A DNA stretch of 64,000 nt from a bacterium (GTDB lineage: Bacteria > J088 > JAWLBW01). Positions within the stretch are counted from its first letter, which is position 1. Each line of letters opens with the position of its first letter. Below are positions 21,839 through 35,802 of the stretch, in pieces. Under the pieces are notes generated by a model. It had not been told where the DNA came from. It did no database searches and saw only the letters and a list, made by a program, of their open reading frames with translations. The stretch covers positions 1 through 64,000 of the forward strand of contig JAWLHK010000018.1 of NCBI GenBank assembly GCA_041690355.1, in the 5' to 3' direction. Both the position numbers and the translations under genes were made by a program.

Positions 21839-24040
21839 TCGACATGCGGCAGCAGGCCCTGCAGTTCGGCCTGAAGTCCGAAGAATATGATCGCGTCGTC
21901 GAGATCATGGGGCGCGAACCGAACCTGACGGAACTCGGGATTTTCTCGGTCATGTGGAGCGAGCACTGCTCCTACAAGAGCTCGCGCATCCATCTGCGCA
22001 AGCTCCCCGTCACGGGACCCCGGGTCATCCAGGGGCCGGGTGAGAACGCTGGCGTCATCGACATCGGCGAGGGCCTGGCCATCGTCTTCAAGATGGAGAG
22101 CCACAACCATCCGTCGTTCATCGAGCCCTACCAGGGCGCAGCCACCGGCGTGGGCGGCATTCTGCGCGACGTCTTCACGATGGGCGCGCGTCCGATCGCC
22201 AACCTGAACAACCTGCGCTTCGGCGAACCGGGTCACCCGCGCACGAAGTATCTCGTCTCGGGCGTCGTGCACGGTATCGGCGGCTACGGCAACTGCGTCG
22301 GCGTGCCCACGGTGGCCGGCGACGTCGTGTTCGATCAGTCCTACAACGGCAACATCCTCGTCAACGCGATGACGGTCGGGCTCGTGAAGGCCGACAAGAT
22401 CTTCAAGGGGACGGCCGCCGGCGTGGGCAATCCGATTTTCTATGTCGGCTCCAAGACGGGCCGCGACGGCATCCACGGCGCCACGATGGCGAGCGCCGAG
22501 TTCGACGAGGAGAGCGAGAGCAAGCGCCCGACCGTGCAGGTGGGCGATCCGTTCACGGAGAAGCTGCTGCTCGAAGCCTGTCTCGAACTGTTTCAGACCG
22601 ACTATGTCGTCGGCATCCAGGACATGGGGGCCGCGGGGCTCACCAGCTCGTCCATGGAGATGGCCGGCCGCGGCGGCACGGGCATCGACATGCACCTCGA
22701 TCGCGTGCCCATGCGCGAAGAGGGAATGACGCCCTACGAGCTGATGCTGAGCGAAAGCCAGGAGCGCATGCTGCTCGTCGCCCGGCTGGGGTGCGAAGAG
22801 AAGGTCAAGGACATCTTCCGCAAGTGGGATCTCGACTGCGTCGCCATTGGCGAGGTCACGGATACCGGCCGCGCGCGCCTGTTCTGGCACGGCGAACAGG
22901 TCGCCGATCTCCCCGTTGCGCCGCTGGCCGACGATGCGCCCCGGTACGATCGGCCGGCCCAGCGTCCGGCCTACGTCGACGAGCTCCGGCGCCTCGACAT
23001 CGCCGCGCTTCCGCTGCCTGATCTGAGCGACGCCTTCCGCAAGGTGCTCGGCTCGGTCAACGTCGCCAGCAAGGAGTGGATCTACCGGCAGTACGACTAC
23101 CAGGTGCAGACCAACACCGTCGCGGGGCCGGGCGGCGACGCGGCGCTCGTGCGCATCAAGGGGACCACGAAGGCGGTCGCGCTGAGCAGCGGCTGCAACG
23201 GTCGCTACTGTTACCTGAACCCCCGCCGCGGCGCGGCCATCGCGGTCGCCGAAACGGCCCGCAACGTGAGCGCCGTCGGGGCACTGCCGCTGGCCGTGAC
23301 CGACTGTCTGAATTTCGGGAATCCGGAACGTCCCGAAGTCATGTGGCAGTTCGTCGAAGCCATCGAGGGGATGCGTGAGGCCTGCGAGACGCTCGAGACC
23401 CCGGTGACCGGCGGCAACGTGAGTCTCTACAACGAGACCAACGGCGTGGGCATCTATCCGACGCCGATGATCGGCATGGTGGGGCTGCTCGAAGACGTCG
23501 AAAAGCGTGTCGGCCAGGGATTCGTCAACGACGGCGACGTCATTCTGCTCCTCGGCGAGACGCTCGACGAACTGGGCGGAACGGAATACCTCGCCACCGT
23601 GCACGGCAAGGTTGCCGGCGACGCGCCGCAGCTCAACCTCATCCGCGAAAAGGCGGTGCAGAAGTTCTGCCGCGAGGCCATCGAACTCGGCCTCGTCCGG
23701 TCGGCCCATGATGTCTCCGAAGGGGGGCTCGCGGTCGCGCTGGCCGAATGCTGCATCACGGGGGCGGCCCCGCAGGGCGCCACCGTGCGGCTGGAAGGGG
23801 GTCTGCGGGCAGACGTTCATCTCTTTTCAGAATCGCAGTCACGCATTATCATGAGTGTCCCCGCTATTCACGCACGCCGCGTGCTCGAGCGGGCCGAATC
23901 GATCGGGCTCCCGGCCTCGCGCCTGGGCACCGTCGGCGGCAGCCGGCTCGTGATCGAAGGCATGATTGACGTACCGGTCGCGGAGATCCAACGGATCTGG
24001 CGCGGCGCCTTACCCGAACTGATGGACGCGCAGGCAGCCC

Positions 24041-24048
<8 letters not shown>
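21835..24048 (+). CDS. purL: FGAM synthase subunit PurL
   Basis: [17 protein letters not shown] and DMGAAG motifs. Confidence 0.98.
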
Positions 24049-25453
<1,405 letters not shown>

Positions 25454-25463
25454 GGAAACGCCA

Positions 25464-26033
25464 ATGTCGACGATGACCGCCGAAAAACAGCGCCTCGCCG
25501 AACTGCTGAGAGAATTGAGCTACCAGCAGCGTGACGTCACGCTCGCCTCGGGCCGCAGGAGCAGCTTCTACTTCGACGGCAAGCAGACCGCGCTGCATCC
25601 CGAAGGGGCCGCCCTCATCGGCAAGCTGCTCTGGGATGCCATCGTCGCGCAGGGGGTCAAGGTCGAAGGCGTGGGGGGCCTCACGCTCGGCGCCGATCCG
25701 CTGGCGACGGCCGTGAGCCTCGCGTCGCTGCAGGCCTTGCGGCCGGTTCCCGCATTCATCGTGCGCAAGGAGCCCAAGGGGCACGGCACGGGACAGTGGA
25801 TCGAGGGCCGCCGCAACCTGCCCGCCGGCTCGACCGTCGTCGTGCTCGAGGATGTCGTCACGACCGGGGGCAGCGCCCTCAAGGCCGCCCAGCGGATTGA
25901 GGAAGAAGGCCTGAAGGTTTCGCTCATCGCCGCGGTCATCGACCGGACCGAAGGGGGACGAGAAGCCGTCGAGGCGGCCGGCTACCCGCTGGTCTCGCTG
26001 TTCACGAAGGGCGATTTTCACCAGGGGGACTGA
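25464..26033 (+). CDS. pyrE: Orotate phosphoribosyltransferase
   Basis: LASGRRSSFYFD, RKEPKGHG and EDVVTTGGS motifs. Confidence 0.96.
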   Translation: MSTMTAEKQRLAELLRELSYQQRDVTLASGRRSSFYFDGKQTALHPEGAALIGKLLWDAIVAQGVKVEGVGGLTLGADPLATAVSLASLQALRPVPAFIVRKEPKGHGTGQWIEGRRNLPAGSTVVVLEDVVTTGGSALKAAQRIEEEGLKVSLIAAVIDRTEGGREAVEAAGYPLVSLFTKGDFHQGD

Positions 26034-26611
26034 TGGCGCGTACGTGGACGGCGTGGCTGGGGGCGTCTGCCGTGGCCGTCGCTCTCGTGGCGGGTCCGGC
26101 CTGCTCTGCCTATCGGCCGCTTGCCTCGGAGCGGGCGCTGCCGGGGAGCGCGGGCTACCGGGCGGCGCTCGAGAACGCCTCGCGGCGCGGCAAGGCGGGG
26201 AGCGAGGTGAACGTACAGTCGCATCTCGACGCCACGCTGCTTACGCCGGCCTTTCGCGACGCGTTTCGCGCCGAGTGGCACGACGCCTACGGCCCGGGCG
26301 TCACGATTCCCGAGGAGATGCGGCCCGGGCGCGCGACCTTCGTGATCGCGCTGACCTCCGACAGCCGCGACCTGCGTGCGCCCTCGGGCTACGGGGCCCT
26401 GTGGACGTTGACGGCGCAGGTTGACGGCCGCGTGTTCGAGCCGGATTCGGTTCTGCCGCTCACGCAGGAAGACGAATTCTACCGGCGCTTTTTTCCGTAC
26501 TGGACACCGTGGCGGCGCATGTACCGGGCAGAATTTCCGCTCCCGGCAAGCACGACGGCGGTGAGGCTCACCTTTCGCAGCGTGGCCGGCAGCGCGCAAC
26601 TGGATTGGTGA
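26033..26611 (+). CDS. Hypothetical lipoprotein
   Basis: Hydrophobic leader ending GPAC; translationally coupled to both neighbours. Confidence 0.65.
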   Translation: MARTWTAWLGASAVAVALVAGPACSAYRPLASERALPGSAGYRAALENASRRGKAGSEVNVQSHLDATLLTPAFRDAFRAEWHDAYGPGVTIPEEMRPGRATFVIALTSDSRDLRAPSGYGALWTLTAQVDGRVFEPDSVLPLTQEDEFYRRFFPYWTPWRRMYRAEFPLPASTTAVRLTFRSVAGSAQLDW

Positions 26612-28200
26612 CGGCCCTGAACCTCGATTTCCGCAAAGACGCGCGCCCCTGGCTGCTCGCGGCGCTGACGGGCGTCCTGCTCGGCACGGCGCAGCCCAAG
26701 TTCGACTGGAGCATGCTCGCCTGGGTGGCCTGGGTGCCGCTGCTGCTCGCCGTGCGCGGCCAGTCGCCCAAGCGGGTCTTTCTGCTCGCCTGGGCGGCCC
26801 ATGCGGTGGCCCTGGGGATCACGCTCTATTGGATCGAAGTCGTCGTGCGCGTCTTCGGGGGCATCACGCCGCTCATCTCGTGGATACCCCTCGCCCTGCT
26901 CGTCGCATACACGGCGCTGTGGATGGCCGGGGCGTTCTGGTGGGCGCGCAGGGTGGAGCTCCGTTACCCCCGCCTGTCCATGTACTGGACGGTGCCGGTT
27001 TTTCTCGTGGCGGCCGAGTGGATTCGCGGCGAGCTGTTCACGGGATTTCCCTGGGGGCATCCCGGCTATGCGCTGGCCGGCTCGCCCACGATCCTGCAGA
27101 TCGCCGATCTTGCGAGCGTGCACGGCCTGCTCTTCGTTCTGGCCTTCGCGAGCACGGGCATCGCCGCCCTGATTGAGCGCCTACGCACCGGCCGCGGCGG
27201 CGGGCCCGCTCTCGTGGCGGTTGCGCTCGCCGCCGCCGCCTTCGCTTACGGCGCCTGGCGGCTCGAAGACGTGCGGCAGGCGATTGCCGAGGCGCCGCGC
27301 GCGACCCGCGTCGGACTCGCGCAGGGAAACATCGAGCAGCACCTGAAGTGGAGCGCGGAAATGCGCAAACAGACGGTGAGCATCTATGAGGACCTGACGA
27401 AGGCCGCGGTCGCCGACGGGGCGGAGATTGTCTTCTGGCCCGAAACCGCGGCCCCGTTCTACTTCCGCCCGATGGGCGACGGCGAGAGCGCGCGCATCCG
27501 CGAACTGGCCCGGGAGACGGGGGCTTACGTCCTCATCGGGGCGCCCGCGGCCGAATATCGCGGCGAGCGGCTGCGGTACCTGAACCGCGCTTATCTGATC
27601 GACGGCGAGGGAAACACGGTGGGGCGCTACGACAAGGCCCACCTGGTTCCGTTCAGCGAATACGTGCCCCTCCCGCAGGTCTTCGGGTGGATCGAGAAGC
27701 TCGTGCCCGTCGTCGGCAGCTTCGCGCCCGGCAAGGGGCCCGACGTGCTGGCCGCCGCGGGAACCAGGTTCGGCGTGCTCATCTGCTTCGAGAGCGTATT
27801 TCCCGAAGAGGCGCGCCTGTTCGTGAAGGACGGGGCCGAATTTCTGACGGTCATCACGAACGACGCCTGGTTTCTGCGCACGTCGGCCACGTGGCAGCAC
27901 ATCGGCATGGCCGTCGTGCGCGCCGTCGAAAACCGCGTTCCCGTGCTGCAGGCCGGGAACACGGGGGTGACGGCGGTCATCGGCGCTGACGGAACCATGC
28001 AGGAGCCGTTGCCGATTTTCGAGCGGGGCTACCGGGTGGCCGAGCTGCCGCTCGTTCGCCAGGCGTCCCTGTATACCGCCTATGGCGATGTGTTTGCTTA
28101 TGTTACGCTGTTGTTGACCGCGCTTACCTTCGTGCCGGTCCTGCGCATGCGGCGCGGGGAGACGGCATCCCGGACGACAACAGAGATTCATCGAGGATAG
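26608..28200 (+). CDS. lnt: Apolipoprotein N-acyltransferase
   Basis: TGFPW, QGNI, WPET, YDKAHLVPFSEY, ICFE and TNDAWF motifs. Confidence 0.95.
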   Translation: MTALNLDFRKDARPWLLAALTGVLLGTAQPKFDWSMLAWVAWVPLLLAVRGQSPKRVFLLAWAAHAVALGITLYWIEVVVRVFGGITPLISWIPLALLVAYTALWMAGAFWWARRVELRYPRLSMYWTVPVFLVAAEWIRGELFTGFPWGHPGYALAGSPTILQIADLASVHGLLFVLAFASTGIAALIERLRTGRGGGPALVAVALAAAAFAYGAWRLEDVRQAIAEAPRATRVGLAQGNIEQHLKWSAEMRKQTVSIYEDLTKAAVADGAEIVFWPETAAPFYFRPMGDGESARIRELARETGAYVLIGAPAAEYRGERLRYLNRAYLIDGEGNTVGRYDKAHLVPFSEYVPLPQVFGWIEKLVPVVGSFAPGKGPDVLAAAGTRFGVLICFESVFPEEARLFVKDGAEFLTVITNDAWFLRTSATWQHIGMAVVRAVENRVPVLQAGNTGVTAVIGADGTMQEPLPIFERGYRVAELPLVRQASLYTAYGDVFAYVTLLLTALTFVPVLRMRRGETASRTTTEIHRG

Positions 28201-28205
28201 CGATC

Positions 28206-29327
28206 ATGCTGGAACGTGCACAGGAATACCGCAAACGGCTCGACGAGCTATGGAGGTATCTTTGACCTCGGCAACAAAGATATCAAGGTCCAGGAGTGGG
28301 AAGAGCTGACCAGTCAGCCTGAATTCTGGAACGATTCGAAGAAGGCCCAGGAGATCACGCGCCTGCAGGCCGAATACAAGCGCGACCTCGAACATTGGCG
28401 CGGGCTGTCGGCCAAGGTCGACGACGCCGAAGTGCTCCATGAACTCGCCGAAGAGGCGGGTGACGAGAATGAATTCGCCGAAGTCGAGAAGCTGTTCGAA
28501 GAAGTCGAAAAAGGCGTGGCCTCTCTCGAATTCAAACGGATGCTCTCGGGAAAGCACGACCACCGCAACGCCCTGCTCATGATCAATTCGGGCGCCGGCG
28601 GAACCGAATCGCAGGACTGGGCTCAGATACTCCTGCGCATGTACATCCGCTGGGGCGAGCGCAAGGGCTTCAAGGTCGAACTGCTCGACGACCTGCCGGG
28701 CGAAGAAGCGGGCATCAAGAACGCGACGATCCGCCTCGAGGGGCAGTACGCCTACGGCTACCTGCGCGCCGAGGTCGGCATCCACCGCCTGGTGCGCATC
28801 AGCCCGTTCGACGCCAACAAGCGCCGCCACACGAGTTTCGCATCGGTTTTCGTCTATCCGGAACTCGACGACGACGTCGAAATCGATATTCGCGACGCCG
28901 ACATCAAGATGGACGTGTTCCGCGCGAGCGGCGCCGGCGGGCAGCACGTGAACAAGACGAGTTCGGCCGTGCGCCTGACGCACATTCCCTCAGGCATCGT
29001 GGTTGCATGCCAGACCCAGCGCTCGCAGCACCAGAACCGCGAGCAGGCCATGAAGATGCTCAAGGCGCGGCTCTACGAACAGCGCGAGGAAGAAAAGCGC
29101 AAAGAAGCCGAAACGGTCGAAGCCGGCAAGAAGGACATCGGCTGGGGCAGCCAGATCCGCAGCTACGTCATGCAGCCCTACCAGCTCGTCAAGGATCTGC
29201 GCACCGGTGTCGAGACCAGCAACGTGAACGACGTGCTCGACGGCGACATCGATGAATTCATCGAGGGATACCTCATGGGCAAGCGCAGCGAGCGCGCCAT
29301 GAACGCCGGCGACGTCGGAGAAGAAGT

Positions 29328-29331
<4 letters not shown>
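28206..29331 (+). CDS. prfB: Peptide chain release factor 2 (programmed +1 frameshift at 28260-28266)
   Basis: ATG 28206 frame ends GGAGG-TAT-CTT-TGA-C; the +1 frame carries SPF and GGQ. Confidence 0.97.
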
Positions 29332-30875
<1,544 letters not shown>

Positions 30876-30881
30876 GCACCG

Positions 30882-32135
30882 ATGACGTTCGAGTGGATGG
30901 TCGGCCTTCGCTACCTGATGGCGAAACGGCGCACGGGGTTCATCTCCGTCATCACGGCGATCAGCATCATGGGGGTCGCCGTGGGGGTGATGGCCATGGT
31001 CGTCGTGCTGTCGGTCATGAGCGGCTTCGAGCAGGACCTGCGCGACAAGATCCTCGGGACCTACTCGCACGTGCTCGTCATGCGCTACGGCGGGGGGATC
31101 GAGAACCCCGCCGACGTCGCGAAGCGGACCGAAGCGGTTGACGAAGTCGTCGCGTCGACGCCGTTCATCTTCAGCCAGGCCATGCTATCGACCGACGCCA
31201 ATGTCGTGGGGGCGGTGGTGCGCGGGGTTGAGCCGGCGACGCTGACTCGCGTCACCAACCTCGCGAACTACGTCGTCGAGGGCAAGCTCTCCTATCTCGA
31301 AGAGCCGCCGGCGGCTGCGTCGTTCGCGAGCGCCACCGATGTGACCCTGCCCGGGGTCATCATCGGGAAGGAACTCTCCAAGAATCTCGGGGCATTCTAC
31401 GGCGACGTGCTGACGGTCGTGTCGCCCACGGGCACGTTGACGCCGGTGGGGATGGCGCCCAAGCTCAAGCGCTTTCGTGTGGTGGGCATCTTCAAGTCGG
31501 GCATGTACGAGTACGATTCGTCTCTCGCGTACATCTCGATCCCCGAAGCGCAGCGCTTCTTCAACATGGACGGCCAGGTGACGGGGCTCGAGCTGCGCGT
31601 GCGGAACATCGACCGGGCGGCGCACGTGTCGCAGGAGGTGCGGCGCCACCTCGGGTATCCCTACTACACGCGCGACTGGATGGACCTGAACCGGAATCTC
31701 TTTTCGGCGCTCAAGCTCGAGAAGATCGTCATGTCGATCATTCTCGTGCTCATCATTCTCGTCGCCGCCTTCAACATCGTCTCGACGCTCATCATGGTCG
31801 TCATGGAGAAGGGCAAGGACATCGCCATTCTGAAGAGCATGGGGGCGAGCGCGCGGCACATCATGCGCATTTTTCTCATCGACGGCCTCATCATCGGTCT
31901 GATCGGTACGACCATCGGCCTGGTGGCGGGATACGGGCTCTGTATCGGGCTCGAAAAGTACGGGTGGGAGCTGCCGAACGACATTTACTACATCTCGAGC
32001 CTTCCGGTGCAGACCTCGGCCCTCGACTTCATTCTGGTGGCGGCCGCCTCGGTGCTCATTGCGCTGCTCGCGACCCTGTACCCGGCCTGGCGCGCGAGCC
32101 GGCTGAATCCGGTCGAAGCGATCCGCTTCGAATAG
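30882..32135 (+). CDS. lolE: Lipoprotein-releasing ABC permease LolC/E
   Basis: [19 protein letters not shown] and [18 protein letters not shown] motifs. Confidence 0.9.
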   Translation: MTFEWMVGLRYLMAKRRTGFISVITAISIMGVAVGVMAMVVVLSVMSGFEQDLRDKILGTYSHVLVMRYGGGIENPADVAKRTEAVDEVVASTPFIFSQAMLSTDANVVGAVVRGVEPATLTRVTNLANYVVEGKLSYLEEPPAAASFASATDVTLPGVIIGKELSKNLGAFYGDVLTVVSPTGTLTPVGMAPKLKRFRVVGIFKSGMYEYDSSLAYISIPEAQRFFNMDGQVTGLELRVRNIDRAAHVSQEVRRHLGYPYYTRDWMDLNRNLFSALKLEKIVMSIILVLIILVAAFNIVSTLIMVVMEKGKDIAILKSMGASARHIMRIFLIDGLIIGLIGTTIGLVAGYGLCIGLEKYGWELPNDIYYISSLPVQTSALDFILVAAASVLIALLATLYPAWRASRLNPVEAIRFE

Positions 32136-32232
32136 CGGCCAGATAGAAAACCACGCCACTCCGCGTTGAACCTGCGGGCGGTTTCGGCTTTAATGAACGG
32201 GATTCCGTCCTCTTTTCAAGGAGATGCGTTGC

Positions 32233-32604
32233 ATGCGGAACCCGCTTTTTCTCGTCGTTGTCCTGCTTCTCTCGTTCACGGCCTGCACGGCGCAGCAGAA
32301 AGCGCCCGGCCACACGGTCGAAGACCTCGTGTCGGCGATGCGGCTTCGCGACGTCCATCGCATCCGCATCGAGCCCAACCCCAAGCAGACGAAGCTGCTC
32401 AAGACCCGGGTGGTCGACATGTACGTCGGCGGGCAGCAGATGATCGTACTGCAGGCGGCGAGTGACGTTCCGGCCACGAATTTCGTCGATTACTTCGGCA
32501 CGTACCGGAAACTCGGCCGCCGCATCCTGACGAACCAGAACCTGCTGCTCATCGTCGACCCGAACGCCCAGAAGGAAATCCAGGAAGCCTTCGAAACGCT
32601 CTAG
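32233..32604 (+). CDS. Hypothetical lipoprotein
   Basis: AAGGAG RBS; FTAC lipobox. Confidence 0.65.
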   Translation: MRNPLFLVVVLLLSFTACTAQQKAPGHTVEDLVSAMRLRDVHRIRIEPNPKQTKLLKTRVVDMYVGGQQMIVLQAASDVPATNFVDYFGTYRKLGRRILTNQNLLLIVDPNAQKEIQEAFETL

Positions 32605-32608
32605 CTAT

Positions 32609-32689
32609 CCTCGCCCTTGCCGGTAAATCGTCATTCGTAAATTGTCAATCGTCAATTTCCTGGCTCGTCACTCGTAACTCGTCACTTCC
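32609..32689 (-). repeat. Inverted partial copy of the 149-bp repeat unit
   Basis: Reverse complement reads gttacgagtgacgagccaggaaattgacgattgacaatttacgaatgacgatttaccggcaagg, matching the unit at 1-531. Confidence 0.8.
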
Positions 32690-33760
32690 ATGGATGACCT
32701 GCTGAACCGAGTGTTTCTCGGCAACCCGGTGCAGTCCTACCTCACGAGCCTCGCGCTGTTTCTCGCCGGCGTCGTGGCGGTCAAGCTGGCCCAGGTGACG
32801 CTGCTGCCCGCCCTGCGACGGCTGGCGACCAGGACCGATACGCTGGTGGACGATTTTCTCATCCGGCGACTCAAGAAAGACGTCTCGCCGGCGCTCTATT
32901 TCATCCTCTTCTTCGCCGCCGTGCACCGGCTCGTCCTGAGCGAGCGAGTCTCGGAAACGATTGACGGCGCGTTGACCGTCGCCGTCGGCTTCTTCGCCAT
33001 CCGGCTCGCCGTCGCGGTGGTCACGTTTCTCTTCGACCGGCGCTGGCGCTCGGCCGGTGACAGCGAGGCGCGGACGCGGAACCTGGGGAGCCTGCTCTGG
33101 CTGGTGCAGGCCGCCGTGTGGCTCCTCGGTGGCGTGTTCATTCTGGACAACCTGGGCTTCGACATTTCGGCCCTCGTCGCGGGCCTCGGCATCGGGGGCA
33201 TCGCCATTGCCCTGGCCGCCCAGACGATTCTTGGGGACCTGTTCAGCTACTTCGCCATCCTCTTCGACCGGCCCTTCGAGATCGGCGACTTCATCATCGT
33301 CGGCGACGTGATGGGTAACGTCGAGCACATCGGCGTCAAGACGACACGGTTGCGCAGCCTGAGCGGCGAGCAGATCGTCGTCTCGAACCGCGATCTCACC
33401 GAATCGCGCGTCCGCAATTACAAGCGGATGCAGGAGCGGCGCGTCCTGTTCCGCTTCGGCGTGCTGTACGAGACGCCCGTCGAGCGGCTGGAGCGGATCC
33501 CGGCCATCGTGCGCGAAATCGTCGAGGACCAGGCCGATACCCGTTTCGACCGGGCGCATTTCGTGGCCTTCGGATCGTCGAGCCTCGACTATGAGGTGGT
33601 CTACTACGTGCTTGGTCCCGACTACAATCAGATGGTGGATATTCAGCAGCGCATCAATCTCCGGCTCCTCCGCGAGCTCTCTACACTCGGCGTCGAGTTC
33701 GCATACCCGACGCAGAAGGTGTTTCTGACCCATGGCGCCGCGTCCCATGACAGAGATTGA
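32690..33760 (+). CDS. Small-conductance mechanosensitive channel (MscS family)
   Basis: LVAGLGIGGIAIALAAQ, DRPFEIGDFI and FAYPTQ motifs. Confidence 0.95.
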   Translation: MDDLLNRVFLGNPVQSYLTSLALFLAGVVAVKLAQVTLLPALRRLATRTDTLVDDFLIRRLKKDVSPALYFILFFAAVHRLVLSERVSETIDGALTVAVGFFAIRLAVAVVTFLFDRRWRSAGDSEARTRNLGSLLWLVQAAVWLLGGVFILDNLGFDISALVAGLGIGGIAIALAAQTILGDLFSYFAILFDRPFEIGDFIIVGDVMGNVEHIGVKTTRLRSLSGEQIVVSNRDLTESRVRNYKRMQERRVLFRFGVLYETPVERLERIPAIVREIVEDQADTRFDRAHFVAFGSSSLDYEVVYYVLGPDYNQMVDIQQRINLRLLRELSTLGVEFAYPTQKVFLTHGAASHDRD

Positions 33761-34871
33761 CGCAACCGTTGCGCGCGCGCTGCGTGCCTCACGCAAGGCG
33801 GGCCTTCCCCTGTTCCGCCTCGGAAGCGCCGAAGCGGTCCGGGACATGGCGCTCACGACCGAAGAGATTCTCGCGCTGGTGAATGCGGGCGTCCCCGCGC
33901 ATCTCGCGCTGAAGGGCCGGCAGGACGAGCATCCCGAACCGCGCTCCATTCCCCGGCGCGTGGCCGCGGGCGAGAGCCTCTTTCTCGTTCAGCCGCATGA
34001 GTACATGCCAAGGCTGCGCCGCTGGATCCATCACGCCGGGCGCGCCCTGGGGCTTTCCGGCCGGCCGGTGCGCTCTTTTCTGTTTCTCGTGGATCGCCCG
34101 GGGAGACCGGCCATGCCGCTGCACGATGACGCCGAGAACGAATTGCTCTGGCTGCAGCTCGACGGCGAGCGCTTTGTTCGCTTCGGTCCTCCGGGCGAAG
34201 CCGTGGCGCCCGTCCGCCCGCAGCCCGTGCGCGAGGCCGACGGGCGGCATGGGGGCTGGTTCGAGGGCGGGCTTCCGGCTGGTTCGCTTCTCTATCTGCC
34301 GCCGTGGACGCCGCATGCCGTGCGCTGCCGCAAGCGGTCGGTTGCACTTTCCGTCTACTGGGAACCCGCGCGGGCGGCGGATCGCGTCCCCGCCTGGCTT
34401 CACCATCTCGGCCTTGGCGAAGCGCCGGCAGAGACTCCCGCGCAGCTCGAGCGCCTGCTCACGCGCGCCGCTTCGCATCTCTCGGGCGACGCCGCCGCAG
34501 AATGGGGGGAACTGCTGGCGACCGACGACGGCGCGCGCGATCGTCCTGCCGCCGGGCGGCGCGGCGATCGGGTCGCCGCCTGGCGAGCCTTTTCGGTGCG
34601 CGAGGGCAAGGGGAGCTGCACGCTGCTCGCCGGCCCCGATCGCGCCCTCACGTTTCCCCGCGCCGTGACGCCTGCGCTGGTCAAGCTCGCTCATTACGGT
34701 TCCGCTTCCGTGGGGGAACTGGAAGCGGTCGTTCCCGCGCGCTCTCGCGCAAAGCTCCCCTCGCTGCTCGCGGCCCTGCATGGCGAAGGGCTCATCACCT
34801 GGGGCGATTTGCCGAAGATCGGGGAATTCGCGGTCGACGAGCTGACGGGCGGCGAATTCTCGGCGCAGTGA
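33747..34871 (+). CDS. JmjC/cupin-4 (YcfD-like) 2OG-Fe(II) oxygenase-like protein
   Basis: PLHDD...LQLDGER...LLYLPPWTPH (HxD...H ligand pattern). Confidence 0.65.
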   Translation: MTEIDATVARALRASRKAGLPLFRLGSAEAVRDMALTTEEILALVNAGVPAHLALKGRQDEHPEPRSIPRRVAAGESLFLVQPHEYMPRLRRWIHHAGRALGLSGRPVRSFLFLVDRPGRPAMPLHDDAENELLWLQLDGERFVRFGPPGEAVAPVRPQPVREADGRHGGWFEGGLPAGSLLYLPPWTPHAVRCRKRSVALSVYWEPARAADRVPAWLHHLGLGEAPAETPAQLERLLTRAASHLSGDAAAEWGELLATDDGARDRPAAGRRGDRVAAWRAFSVREGKGSCTLLAGPDRALTFPRAVTPALVKLAHYGSASVGELEAVVPARSRAKLPSLLAALHGEGLITWGDLPKIGEFAVDELTGGEFSAQ

Positions 34872-34974
34872 CCGCCCGCTGCCTGCATGGCGCCCCCCTC
34901 CTTCGCAAGCAGGGGGGACCGAATCCAAGGTGTACCTCGCTCTTCCCAGGTCCTTGCCGGTCAAGAATCAGGAA

Positions 34975-35802
34975 TCAGGAATTAGGAATGGCGCTCAGCG
35001 CTTCGCTGAGCGCCTCCGGCGCTTCTTCGCTCACAAAGTGCCCCACGTCATCCAGCACCTGCACCTCCGCGTGGGGAAAGATCCGCTGCCAGCGTTCCAG
35101 GTTCCGCGTGGAAATGAACTTGTCGGCGGCGCCCCAGAGAATGCGGGTGGGTTTCGGCGGAAGCGCGGCAAGGCGCTCCCCGATCGTCCACGTCTCCGAA
35201 TCCGCCCGGTCAAAGAGAGCCGTGAGAAAAGCGGCCGTCCCCGTGCGAGAGGCCGGTGTGGGGAACCGGTCCAGATACATGCGGTGGCGTTCCGGCGTCA
35301 GCGGCTTCCGTTTTCCCCACGCCGAGGGGATCATCACGCGCGCCGAGAAGTTGAAGCGCAGATACATCCAGCGCATGAAGCGCGAGGTCATGAGCCACCG
35401 TTGCCTGCGCAGCGACGGCTCTGCGTCTTCGAGCAGCCAGCCCCAGGTGTTCATCAGCGTCAGACTCTCCACCCGATCCCACCGGGCGGCCGCGAGGGGA
35501 AGGGCGATCGGACCGCCGAAATCGGTGACGACGAGGTGAAAACGCTCGAGCCCCAGATGGTCGAGCAGCGCGGCCAACCGCCGCCGGTGCGCCGTCAGGG
35601 AATAGTCGCCGTCGGCCGGCTTCGCCGAAGCGCCAAACCCGAGATGATCGATCGCCACGCAGCGAAACCGGTCCTTCGATTGCGCGATGGCTTCTGCGAA
35701 TTCCTGCGAGTTGACCGGCGTGCCGTGGACGAAGAGCAGGCAGGGGCCGCGCCCTTCATCCACGTACGCGAGCGTTTCTCCGTCGAGGGTCAGGGTCTGC
35801 AT
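34975..35802 (-). CDS. Alpha/beta hydrolase, haloalkane dehalogenase-like
   Basis: YVDEGRG, VHGTP, DHLGFGAS, nucleophile DFGGP, GHF. Confidence 0.9.
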   Translation of the reverse strand: MQTLTLDGETLAYVDEGRGPCLLFVHGTPVNSQEFAEAIAQSKDRFRCVAIDHLGFGASAKPADGDYSLTAHRRRLAALLDHLGLERFHLVVTDFGGPIALPLAAARWDRVESLTLMNTWGWLLEDAEPSLRRQRWLMTSRFMRWMYLRFNFSARVMIPSAWGKRKPLTPERHRMYLDRFPTPASRTGTAAFLTALFDRADSETWTIGERLAALPPKPTRILWGAADKFISTRNLERWQRIFPHAEVQVLDDVGHFVSEEAPEALSEALSAIPNS

